Shown: piece by piece, positions 1 through 7,865 of the stretch | How the letters are laid out: every line of letters starts with the position of its first letter | How positions within the stretch are numbered: the stretch's first letter is position 1 | DNA from: a bacterium | Lineage (GTDB): Bacteria > Chloroflexota > Limnocylindria > Limnocylindrales > Limnocylindraceae | Length of the DNA: 51,469 nt | Assembly: GCA_037128565.1 (NCBI GenBank) | Contig: JBAXWE010000002.1 | Location: 1-51,469 of the forward strand | Direction: 5' to 3' | Notes under the pieces: model-generated | Told to the model about the DNA's origin: nothing | What the model saw: the letters and a program-made list of their open reading frames with translations, nothing else | Database searches by the model: none | Translations under genes and position numbers: made by a program

Positions 1-18
1 GGACGAGGTTCTGGCACC

Positions 19-396
19 ATGAGCGGCATGGAACTGCTACTCGTTGCTCTCGGTGGTGCGCTTGGCGCAGTCGCGCGCGCCCTGATTGATCAGGCGGTGC
101 TTCGTGTAGGTTGGCTCGCCGAGTACGGCACCCTCACGATTAATCTCGTCGGTTCACTGTTTGCAGGACTCCTGGTGACGTTGATCATTGAGCGCTCAAT
201 GGTGCCAGCGGAGTTGCGACCACTCCTCATCACCGGCCTACTCGGAGGGTTCACCACCTTCTCCGCCCTCTCCCTCCAGGTATCGCGCCTCGCTACGGCA
301 GGGGATACGACGACCGCAGCGGTCTACGCGGTGGGATCTGTTGCGCTCGGCGCCCTCTGTGCGCTGCTCGGCGCGGCGATTGGTCGGGCAATCTAG
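19..396 (+). CDS. crcB: Fluoride ion channel CrcB/FluC
   Basis: 125 aa with four hydrophobic segments and the typical CrcB GGFTTFSA motif (LLGGFTTFSALS). Only 18 nt lie upstream, so a riboswitch or a second crcB copy cannot be assessed. Confidence 0.9.
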   Translation: MSGMELLLVALGGALGAVARALIDQAVLRVGWLAEYGTLTINLVGSLFAGLLVTLIIERSMVPAELRPLLITGLLGGFTTFSALSLQVSRLATAGDTTTAAVYAVGSVALGALCALLGAAIGRAI

Positions 397-406
397 GTGG
401 ACTAAA

Positions 407-423
407 ACCTCGCGCGGCGAGGT
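407..423 (-). terminator. Candidate intrinsic terminator for the minus-strand gene 431..766
   Basis: The minus strand reads ACCTCGC-CGC-GCGAGGT (7-bp stem, 3-nt loop) followed by TTTT. It sits 8 nt after the stop codon of the minus-strand gene. Confidence 0.5.
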
Positions 424-430
424 GCGCGAG

Positions 431-766
431 CTAGGCGGCGACGAACCCGGTCGACGTCGCGACGAACCAGATCGCCGCCAGGAGCGCGAGCATCGCGCCG
501 TAGGTCAGCGCAATGCGGCGAAGGTCACGGCGCACGATGGGCATCTCTTCGGCGATCTCGGCAGTGAGTCGTTGCGTTGAGGCGGCTCGGCTACCAATTG
601 GTGCAGAGGTGCCCGTAATGACGGTGCTCTTTGGGGCCGCGAGCGTCGCCTCATAGGCGGCTGCAGCGGACTCCTCGGCGGGGGTAAGGCCTCGCTTGGG
701 TGCGTCGGCATGCGACTTAAGTTTCGGTCGCTGGTCGGGACGGAAGCGCTTCTCTCGTTTGGCCAT
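431..766 (-). CDS. Hypothetical C-terminally membrane-anchored protein
   Basis: 111 aa with a basic, Ala-rich N-terminal part and one C-terminal TM helix (IALTYGAMLALLAAIWFVATSTGFV). A strong SD (GAGGAGGAG) lies immediately upstream of the ATG. Confidence 0.6.
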   Translation of the reverse strand: MAKREKRFRPDQRPKLKSHADAPKRGLTPAEESAAAAYEATLAAPKSTVITGTSAPIGSRAASTQRLTAEIAEEMPIVRRDLRRIALTYGAMLALLAAIWFVATSTGFVAA

Positions 767-833
767 GACTCCTCCTCATTTGGATCGTTGGCAGAGGATA
801 CCTGACCCAGGTCGAGGGGGCGGCGAGGGCTGA

Positions 834-839
834 TAGGAT
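834..839 (+). promoter_or_regulatory. Candidate -10 box TAGGAT (with upstream TGA, extended -10 like), 6 nt before the GTG start at 846
   Basis: The sequence is TGATAGGAT-GCAGCC-GTG with no SD. The same geometry recurs at 8623 and 12747. Confidence 0.45.
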
Positions 840-845
840 GCAGCC

Positions 846-1349
846 GTGGATAGCCAGGTTCTTCTCGCAATTGGCGTCGCCGGGGTCGTGGTCGGCCTAC
901 TCTCGCTCTCCGTCGCCCTGCTTGCGATCCGTAACCTCGGGCGCCTTCGCACCGACTACGTGGCGTTGGTCTCTGGGAGTGAGGTGCTGACCGCCGAGCA
1001 GCGCTTCGCCCAGGTGCTTGAGCGGGTTGCCCAACAGGGAGCCTCAGCGCAGACGGCAGGGACGCGCCTCGCCGCCCTTGAGGCCGCCGCCCCTGGCGCA
1101 ATGAGTCGTGTCGGGCTCGTGCAGTTTCAAGCGTTCGAAGATGTTGGTGGTGGCCAGAGCTCCGCGCTCGCCCTCCTTGATGCGGCGGGGAGTGGTTTCG
1201 TGATTACCGCGCTTCACGCCCGGGTTGGCACGCGTATGTACGTGAAGCGAGTGATTGAGGGTCGGGGCGAGGGGACCCTGGGCGAAGAGGAGTCGGCGGC
1301 GATCGCTGCTGCCTTGGCGCAGCCCGCCTACAGCGCCACACAACGGTGA
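846..1349 (+). CDS. DUF4446-like membrane-anchored protein
   Basis: 167 aa with an N-terminal TM helix. The conserved-looking core (VGLVQFQAFEDVGGGQSSALALLDAAGSGFVITALHAR) matches my memory of the DUF4446 family. Its stop overlaps the next start (GTGA). Confidence 0.65.
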   Translation: MDSQVLLAIGVAGVVVGLLSLSVALLAIRNLGRLRTDYVALVSGSEVLTAEQRFAQVLERVAQQGASAQTAGTRLAALEAAAPGAMSRVGLVQFQAFEDVGGGQSSALALLDAAGSGFVITALHARVGTRMYVKRVIEGRGEGTLGEEESAAIAAALAQPAYSATQR

Positions 1350-4300
1350 CCCCGCGCGCCAAAGGTGGGGGCGAGCGCGAAGGGGGATCACAGATCCCAG
1401 TTTGGTCAGGAATTACCCCGAAGCGCCCCACCTCGCCAACACCAGCAATCGCACACCTTGTTGATGATTTAAACGACGAACAGTACGCCGCGGTGACGCA
1501 CGGCGAGGGCCCACTCCTCGTCGTAGCTGGTGCTGGCACAGGGAAGACGCAGGTTATTACGCGCCGAGTCGCCTGGCTCATCGCCGAGAAGCGCGCCGAA
1601 CCGGAAGAGATCCTGGCGCTCACCTTTACCGAGCGCGCGGCAGAGGAGATGCAGGGCCGCGTCGATCGCCTCGTTCCCTATGGCTACGCCACGACGCCAA
1701 TTAAAACCTTCCACGCCTGGGGCGATGAGCTGCTCCGCGCGAATGCCCACCGGCTCGGCCTCTCCGGCGAGTTGCGCGTTCTTGGGCGCGCCGAGGTCGT
1801 TCTGCTCCTTCGTGAGCATCTCTTCGAACTCGGCCTCAAGCGGTTCCTGCCACTCGGCGACCCCACACGCTTTCTTGGCGACATCGCTGGTTACTTCTCG
1901 CGTGCCAAAGACGAAGCGCTGGGCCCTGACCAGATTCAACAGTTCGCTGCAGATCTCCAGGTACGGGCGGGCGAGGCACGAAGCGCCGCATCGGCAGCCG
2001 CCGATCTTGAGCTCCAGCGAAATCTTGCCTCGTATGCCGACGCCGTGGAACTGCTGGCCACTGAGCATGCGGAGCTGAGCGCGGCGTTGCGTACCTACCG
2101 CACGATCCTGAACGAACGGGGCCTGCTCGATTTTGGCGATCAGGTATTGCGTGCCTATGAGCTGCTGCGCGATGACCCCCTTGTAGCCGCACGTGTGCGG
2201 GATCAGCACCGCTGGATCCTCGTTGACGAATACCAAGACACGAACCGACTGCAAGGAGCACTAGTGGACCTGCTCTCTGAGGGAAGGCGAAATCTGACCG
2301 TTGTCGGTGACGATGACCAATCGATCTATCGATTCCGTGGTGCAGCGATTGGCAACATTCTGAATTTCACCGAGCGGTACCCAGATGCACGCAAGGTGGT
2401 CTTGACAAAAAATTATCGCAGCACAGGCTCTGTGCTTACGGCGGCGCGGCGGCTCATTCGCTTCAATGATCCGGAGCGGCTCGAGGTTCGCCTGGGTATT
2501 TCCAAGGAGCTCACCCCAGAGGGGATGCCTGGTAATTCACTCCCGGTGACCTTCCGCCGTTTCCGCACGACAGCGAATGAGGCAGATTGGATCGCGTCAG
2601 AGATCCGTGACTCCATGGCGGGGGGTCGGCGGGCCCGCGATCATGCGGTGCTCGTGCGCGCGAACGTCGACAGCGTGGAGGTTGGGCGCAGCCTGAATAT
2701 GCTCGGCATTCCGTGGCGTTCAAGCGGCGCTGCCGGTCTCTACGATCGCCCTGAGGTGCGCCTCCTCTTAGCCGGCCTGCGCCATGCAGCCGATCCTGAT
2801 GCCGCGGCACCACTCTTCCTGATCGCCGCAGAGTCACGCTTCAAGGTCCCACCCACAATCCTTGCCGCCGCGGTTGGTAAGTCGCGCCGTGACCATGCCT
2901 CGTTGCGGGAGAGCCTCGCTGCGGTAGGGGCGGGACATGAGGCAACTGAGCGACTCCTCGAACGCCTCGCTGGTGTGGTGCAGGAGAGTGTTGAGCGGAC
3001 GAGTGGCGAGGTGCTCTACCGCTGGCTACGCGAGTCGGGGCTGCTCGCGGAGTTAACGCGCGAGGCGACTCCAGAGTCAGATGAGCGCATCCGCAATATC
3101 GGCCGCCTCTTTGATGTCGTTCGCTCCCGCAGCCGACTCCTAGAGCTCGACCGTGCCCCATTTCTGGTGCGCTACCTTGAAGAGCTCGGTGAAGCGGGAG
3201 ACGATCCATCGGCCGCCGATGTTGATCCCGACCTTGATGCGGTCGCGCTCCTAACGATCCACCAGGCGAAAGGCCTGGAGTTTCCGATCGTCTTTGCTGC
3301 GAATCTCGTTGAGGGTCGTTTCCCCGCCAAGGGTCGACCGCCGCGCCTTGCACTGGCAGTGGAGCTTGGCGGATCTGATGACGTGGTACCACGGGACCCT
3401 CGTGCCCCAGATGGACCAACAGAGGCGGACGAAGAGGCACTGCGCGAGGAGCGGCGTCTCGCCTACGTCGCACTAACCAGGGCGTGCGAGCGTTTGGCGC
3501 TCACCGCGGCGGAGCGAAGCAGTGGCGGCGTACGACCCCGCAAGGTGAGCCGCTTTGTCGCCGAGGCACTCGACCTCAGTCGAGATCAGCTAGAAGAGTT
3601 CCCACTAACGGGCGAGCCTGCCTCCACCATGGATGGGCTCACGATTGTTGCTCCACCGCTCCCCGTGCTCCCTGCGCGTGAACCTGGGGCGGGTGAGCGT
3701 ATGCCGCTCACGCTGAGCTTCACTGCGATTGAGGCCTTCCTTGCCTGCCCACTGCGTTACCACTATCAGCAGCGCCTTCGGATCCCGCTGCCACCACATC
3801 ACTCCGCGACATACGGCTCCGCGATGCACGCCGCGGTCGCCGAATTCCATCGCGGGCAGATGGCGGGTTCGCCACCGGAGCTCAGCGAACTGTACGCCGC
3901 ACTGGAACGGAGTTGGCAGAGCGCTGGCTTCCTCTCCCGCAGCCATGAATCAGCTCGGCATACGGCGGCGGAAGAGGCGATCGCGCGCTTCCGCAGTGAG
4001 GAGATTGCGACGGGCCACGTGCCCGCGTACGTCGAGAAGGACTTCTCGTTTGAGCTGGGCGGGCACAAGATTCGTGGCCGCTGGGATCGTGTCGACGTTC
4101 GAGCACTCCCGCCCGCAGGCCGATCGGCGCCTATCCCTGTCGTAGATATTCCGGGTGACCTCTTGCGGCCAACGCTGCCACTCGGAGATGACGAATGGGT
4201 CGTGGTTAGTGACTACAAGACCGGTGGACGCGATGACGACGATGCCAGTCGCAAGCGGGCCAAGGAGTCGCTTCAGCTTCAGCTCTATGCGCTCGCATGG

Positions 4301-4540
4301 CGGGCGACAACGGGGCGCCTCCCCGATGAGGTGAGCCTGCGCTTCCTTGATACAGGTCGCGTGGCGACGGTACCAGTAGAGCCGAAGCGCATCGTGAAGG
4401 CGCGCGAGCAGATCGTCATGGCGGCTGAAGGGATTCTCGCCGGTGTGATGGAGCCGAAACCGGAGCTTATGACCTGCACCTACTGTTCATATCGTGAACT
4501 CTGCCCAGCCTCGAAGGCTCCAGCTGGTCGCCCCGCATGA
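1346..4540 (+). CDS. UvrD/PcrA-type SF1 helicase fused to a PD-(D/E)XK (RecB/Cas4-like) nuclease with a four-Cys motif
   Basis: Helicase motifs present: AGAGTGKT, ILVDEYQDTN, VVGDDDQSIYRFRGA, TKNYRS, TIHQAKGLEF, RRLAYVALTRA. Nuclease part: FLACPLRY, GRWDRVD, VSDYKTG, LQLQLYALA, and a C-terminal CTYCSYRELC (C..CxxCx5C). Confidence 0.9.
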   Translation: MTPRAKGGGEREGGSQIPVWSGITPKRPTSPTPAIAHLVDDLNDEQYAAVTHGEGPLLVVAGAGTGKTQVITRRVAWLIAEKRAEPEEILALTFTERAAEEMQGRVDRLVPYGYATTPIKTFHAWGDELLRANAHRLGLSGELRVLGRAEVVLLLREHLFELGLKRFLPLGDPTRFLGDIAGYFSRAKDEALGPDQIQQFAADLQVRAGEARSAASAAADLELQRNLASYADAVELLATEHAELSAALRTYRTILNERGLLDFGDQVLRAYELLRDDPLVAARVRDQHRWILVDEYQDTNRLQGALVDLLSEGRRNLTVVGDDDQSIYRFRGAAIGNILNFTERYPDARKVVLTKNYRSTGSVLTAARRLIRFNDPERLEVRLGISKELTPEGMPGNSLPVTFRRFRTTANEADWIASEIRDSMAGGRRARDHAVLVRANVDSVEVGRSLNMLGIPWRSSGAAGLYDRPEVRLLLAGLRHAADPDAAAPLFLIAAESRFKVPPTILAAAVGKSRRDHASLRESLAAVGAGHEATERLLERLAGVVQESVERTSGEVLYRWLRESGLLAELTREATPESDERIRNIGRLFDVVRSRSRLLELDRAPFLVRYLEELGEAGDDPSAADVDPDLDAVALLTIHQAKGLEFPIVFAANLVEGRFPAKGRPPRLALAVELGGSDDVVPRDPRAPDGPTEADEEALREERRLAYVALTRACERLALTAAERSSGGVRPRKVSRFVAEALDLSRDQLEEFPLTGEPASTMDGLTIVAPPLPVLPAREPGAGERMPLTLSFTAIEAFLACPLRYHYQQRLRIPLPPHHSATYGSAMHAAVAEFHRGQMAGSPPELSELYAALERSWQSAGFLSRSHESARHTAAEEAIARFRSEEIATGHVPAYVEKDFSFELGGHKIRGRWDRVDVRALPPAGRSAPIPVVDIPGDLLRPTLPLGDDEWVVVSDYKTGGRDDDDASRKRAKESLQLQLYALAWRATTGRLPDEVSLRFLDTGRVATVPVEPKRIVKAREQIVMAAEGILAGVMEPKPELMTCTYCSYRELCPASKAPAGRPA

Positions 4541-5079
4541 CGCTTCGTGATGGCGAGGGGCGAAACCCCACAGAACAGCTTGAGCTGCCACTAGATCAGC
4601 CGATCGCTCCCATTGAGCTGGGTCGTTCTACCTCTGCAGCGCCATTTGCTGGGAAGGTCTTGCGCACCAACGTTGCGGCCCAGACACCTCCGCGCATCCC
4701 CGCGGCAGATCAGCGCCTCATCCGCATCCTCGGCGCGGGCGCACTCCTTGCAGTAATTGCCACGATCGCTGGTGCACTCACGATTGATCCTGCTGGGGAA
4801 CCGACGCGTGCCCTCGCCGTTGCTGGTGCACTGGCAATGGCTGTGACGCTTGGTCTTACCGCGCTCCTTCTCCTGCGATCATTCCGCGGCCATCCCGGCG
4901 TATGGCGCGCACGCCGCCGCCGCAGCCTTCGGCGCGGGCTGTTTGCGGGCGCCCTACTCGGCGGCTATCTCGCCCTGCGGATCATTGGCCTGGGTGGGCC
5001 AACGGGGCTGCTGATCGCCGCCGCCCTCGTGGCTGTGGCGGAGGTGGCGATCTCACGAAGCGAGATTGATTCGGTTTAA
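4537..5079 (+). CDS. Hypothetical polytopic membrane protein (about 4 TM)
   Basis: 180 aa. ATGA overlap with the helicase-nuclease stop. Ala/Leu/Gly-rich hydrophobic segments are separated by an Arg-rich loop (WRARRRRSLRRG). Confidence 0.55.
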   Translation: MTLRDGEGRNPTEQLELPLDQPIAPIELGRSTSAAPFAGKVLRTNVAAQTPPRIPAADQRLIRILGAGALLAVIATIAGALTIDPAGEPTRALAVAGALAMAVTLGLTALLLLRSFRGHPGVWRARRRRSLRRGLFAGALLGGYLALRIIGLGGPTGLLIAAALVAVAEVAISRSEIDSV

Positions 5080-5104
5080 GCCCCGATTGCGCCCGAAACG
5101 GGTG

Positions 5105-5110
5105 TAGGAT
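5105..5110 (+). promoter_or_regulatory. Candidate -10 box TAGGAT upstream of the agmatinase gene (leadered geometry)
   Basis: Same hexamer as at 834, 8623 and 12747, but here 52 nt separate it from the ATG at 5163 and no start codon sits 6-7 nt downstream. Confidence 0.3.
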
Positions 5111-5162
5111 TGCCGCGCGCCCTGCTGGACGTCGGCTCGCACCGGCGGCGCATCTGAACCGA

Positions 5163-6233
5163 ATGGTGATCAATATGAGCCCGAACACCCCTCCCTTCGC
5201 CGCCTCCCTTGCCGCGCTCGGTTGGAGCGGCACCCCAGAGCAGCGTGATCCACTCGATCGCCCCTCGTATGTGGGACCGGTCAGCTTCGCGCAACTCCCG
5301 TGGGTTGAGGATGTCGCAGAGATCCGCCGTCGCAATGCGGACATCGCCATCATCGGCGCACCGTTTGATGATGCGGTCACACATCGTCCCGGGACACGCT
5401 TCGGACCTCGCGCCATTCGCGAGGCGCAGTACCAAACGGGCACACTACATTCGTTGCAGGTTGGGGTTGAGCCCTTTACCGCCCTCACCGCCGTTGATGC
5501 AGGTGATGCACTGGTCTACCCCGGACGACTTGAGCACGGACACGGCGCCATCTATCGCAAGGTTCGCGAGGTTGCCGAGACTGGTGCGATCCCGATCGTG
5601 CTCGGCGGCGATCACTCCATCACGTGGCCAAATGCAACCGCGATCGCGGAGATGCGCTGGCCCCAACGAATCGGCATCGTGCACTTTGATGCGCACGCCG
5701 ACGCGTCGATTGACGGGTACGGCTCGCTCCACAGTCACGGCTCGCCAATGCGGCGCCTGATCGAGTCTGGCGCCGTACTCGGCAAGAACTTTGTGCAGGT
5801 TGGACTGCGCGGCTACTTCCCCGACAAGGAGACGCTCGGCTGGATGCGCGAGCACGGCATGCGCAGCCACTTCATGACCGAAATTGAGGAGCGTGGCTCC
5901 GAGGCCGTAATCGCGACGGCGATCGCCGAGGCACTTGATGGACCAGACGCGATCTGGATCAGCCTCGACATCGATGTGGTTGATCCGGGCCTCGCGCCAG
6001 GAACTGGCACACCAGAGCCTGGTGGGATGCTCTCGCGCGAGCTGCTTCGCGGCCTTCGGCAGATAGCGGCACAGGTTCCAATTGCTGGGATGGACATCGT
6101 CGAGGTTTCTCCGCCGTATGACTGGGCTGAGTCGACCGCGATGATCGCCAACCGCGCCGCCCTTGAGGTGATCAGCGCGCTGGCGAAGCGCAAGGAGTCC
6201 GGCGAGACGATTCGCTGGGAACCCTCCCGCTGA
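5163..6233 (+). CDS. speB: Agmatinase / ureohydrolase family (could be guanidinobutyrase-type)
   Basis: Arginase-fold Mn-binding motifs are present: GGDHSITWP, HFDAHADAS, SLDIDVVDPGLAPGTGTPEPGG. Confidence 0.85.
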   Translation: MVINMSPNTPPFAASLAALGWSGTPEQRDPLDRPSYVGPVSFAQLPWVEDVAEIRRRNADIAIIGAPFDDAVTHRPGTRFGPRAIREAQYQTGTLHSLQVGVEPFTALTAVDAGDALVYPGRLEHGHGAIYRKVREVAETGAIPIVLGGDHSITWPNATAIAEMRWPQRIGIVHFDAHADASIDGYGSLHSHGSPMRRLIESGAVLGKNFVQVGLRGYFPDKETLGWMREHGMRSHFMTEIEERGSEAVIATAIAEALDGPDAIWISLDIDVVDPGLAPGTGTPEPGGMLSRELLRGLRQIAAQVPIAGMDIVEVSPPYDWAESTAMIANRAALEVISALAKRKESGETIRWEPSR

Positions 6234-6283
6234 GCGAAACGGCATCTGAGGTACGTAGCCGCCTGATCGCCGACGAACGCGAC

Positions 6284-6982
6284 TTGACCGCCGCCGCTGA
6301 CGGCGATTTGGCCTATTGGCGGGGAGTCGCGGCGGAATCGACTGGCCCTATCTTCGAGATCGGCTGCGGGGGAGGGCGCATCTTGACCGCCCTCAGCGTC
6401 GCCGACCGACGACTCATCGGTATTGATCTTGACGTTGCCGCTCTTGCATTGGCCGCTGAGCGGGCGCCATCGGCCGATTGGATCTGCGCGGATGGTCGAC
6501 TCTGGCGCCGTGAAGCGTATGCAGCCAGCCTTGTGATTCTTGGCGGCGATCTGCTCTCGTTGATCACGGCGCCCGCTGATCTTGCGGCGCTCTTGCGAAC
6601 AGCGACGCTGCATCTTGCCCCTGGCGGGCAGGTGGGGATCGACGCCACACTGATGGATCCGCAACTTTTCGCGGGCGAGGTTGACGGTGAGTGGAGCCTC
6701 GATCTGGAGCGAGCAGACGCTGATCTCGGCACGGTTCGGCGTGAAAGCCGCATTACAGATGGCCCGCAGGGGCGTACGAATTCAGTACTCCTAGAGATTC
6801 GGCACAGGGCAGTTGACGAGAGCGGTCGACTGACGGAGATCTATCCAGACCGAGCCCCGTTCGCCATTCGTGCCTGGCAGCCCGATGAGCTGCGCGCGCT
6901 CGCCGCCGCGGCCGGTCTGCTCGTGACGAGGGTCGGCGCTGACGATCGCCTGCGCTGGCTGCTACGGTCAGCCCATGAGTGA
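6284..6982 (+). CDS. Class I SAM-dependent methyltransferase
   Basis: Motif I (IFEIGCGGGRI) followed by an acidic residue in LIGIDLD. TTG start. Substrate unknown. Confidence 0.7.
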   Translation: MTAAADGDLAYWRGVAAESTGPIFEIGCGGGRILTALSVADRRLIGIDLDVAALALAAERAPSADWICADGRLWRREAYAASLVILGGDLLSLITAPADLAALLRTATLHLAPGGQVGIDATLMDPQLFAGEVDGEWSLDLERADADLGTVRRESRITDGPQGRTNSVLLEIRHRAVDESGRLTEIYPDRAPFAIRAWQPDELRALAAAAGLLVTRVGADDRLRWLLRSAHE

Positions 6983-7865
6983 CCCACGTCCAATTGGGCT
7001 CTTCGATTCAGGGATCGGCGGCCTCACCGTTCTCCGCGAGGTGCAGGCGCGCCTTCCAGCCGAATCGACCATCTACATCGGCGACAGCGCCCGACACCCC
7101 TATGGCACCCGCAGCGATGCGGAGGTCCGCACCTTCGCCGAAGAGTTGAGCGATGAACTTGTAGCGCGCGGCGTCAAGGCGATCATCATTGCCTGTAATA
7201 CCGCCACCGCGGTGGCACTCGAACACCTTCGCGAACGTCATCCTGCCACGCCGATCATCGGGGTGATTCGCCCTGGCGCCGCAGCGGCAGCCCTGGCCAC
7301 CAGGACCGGCCGTGTCGGCGTGTTGGCCACGGTTGCAACTGTTCGGTCACGTGCCTACTTCGCCGCAATTAAGGACGAGAACCCTGGAACGCGGGTGATC
7401 GAACGGGCCGCCTCCGAACTCGTCCCGCTTATTGAATCTGGCCTTACGAACACGCAAGAGATGCGCGACGCCATCCACTCGGCGATTGACCCGTTTCTTA
7501 CACGTGACCCACAGCAACGAATCGACACCCTCCTGCTCGGCTGCACGCATTTCCCACTGATCCGCGGAGCAATTGATGCGGCACTTGGGGCGCCAATTGC
7601 CGTCGTTGATTCTGCCGCAGCGACGGCAAGTTTTATCCAAGAGATCATCTCGGTGAACGGGCTTGAGGCACCAGGATCAAGTCGCGGGACGGCGGCCGAT
7701 GCCGGGCACCTCGGCCATTCAGCGCCCGCATCAGCGCCCGTGTTGCCAACCCACCAAATTTTTACGACCGGTGACCCCTCAGCGGTTGACGCACTTGCAG
7801 TCCGGCTCTTCGGCACACATGCGCCACGCGCGCAGCACCTGACGCTCGGTGCCAGTCGACCTTAA
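6975..7865 (+). CDS. murI: Glutamate racemase
   Basis: Motifs GLFDSGIGGLTV, IIACNTATA and LLGCTHFP (both catalytic Cys motifs). 8-nt overlap with the upstream gene. Confidence 0.93.
   Translation: MSDPRPIGLFDSGIGGLTVLREVQARLPAESTIYIGDSARHPYGTRSDAEVRTFAEELSDELVARGVKAIIIACNTATAVALEHLRERHPATPIIGVIRPGAAAAALATRTGRVGVLATVATVRSRAYFAAIKDENPGTRVIERAASELVPLIESGLTNTQEMRDAIHSAIDPFLTRDPQQRIDTLLLGCTHFPLIRGAIDAALGAPIAVVDSAAATASFIQEIISVNGLEAPGSSRGTAADAGHLGHSAPASAPVLPTHQIFTTGDPSAVDALAVRLFGTHAPRAQHLTLGASRP

Noticed and set aside
1-18. A possible fluoride riboswitch upstream of crcB.
   Set aside because: Only 18 nt lie upstream of the start codon within the window, far too little to recognise the crcB motif. 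It can be neither supported nor excluded.
5080-5162. A possible guanidine, polyamine-type or other riboswitch in the 83-nt region upstream of the agmatinase gene.
   Set aside because: I could not find the conserved ykkC-type elements or any convincing multi-stem structure. The region is short and contains a TAGGAT promoter-like box, which would leave only about 46 nt of leader.
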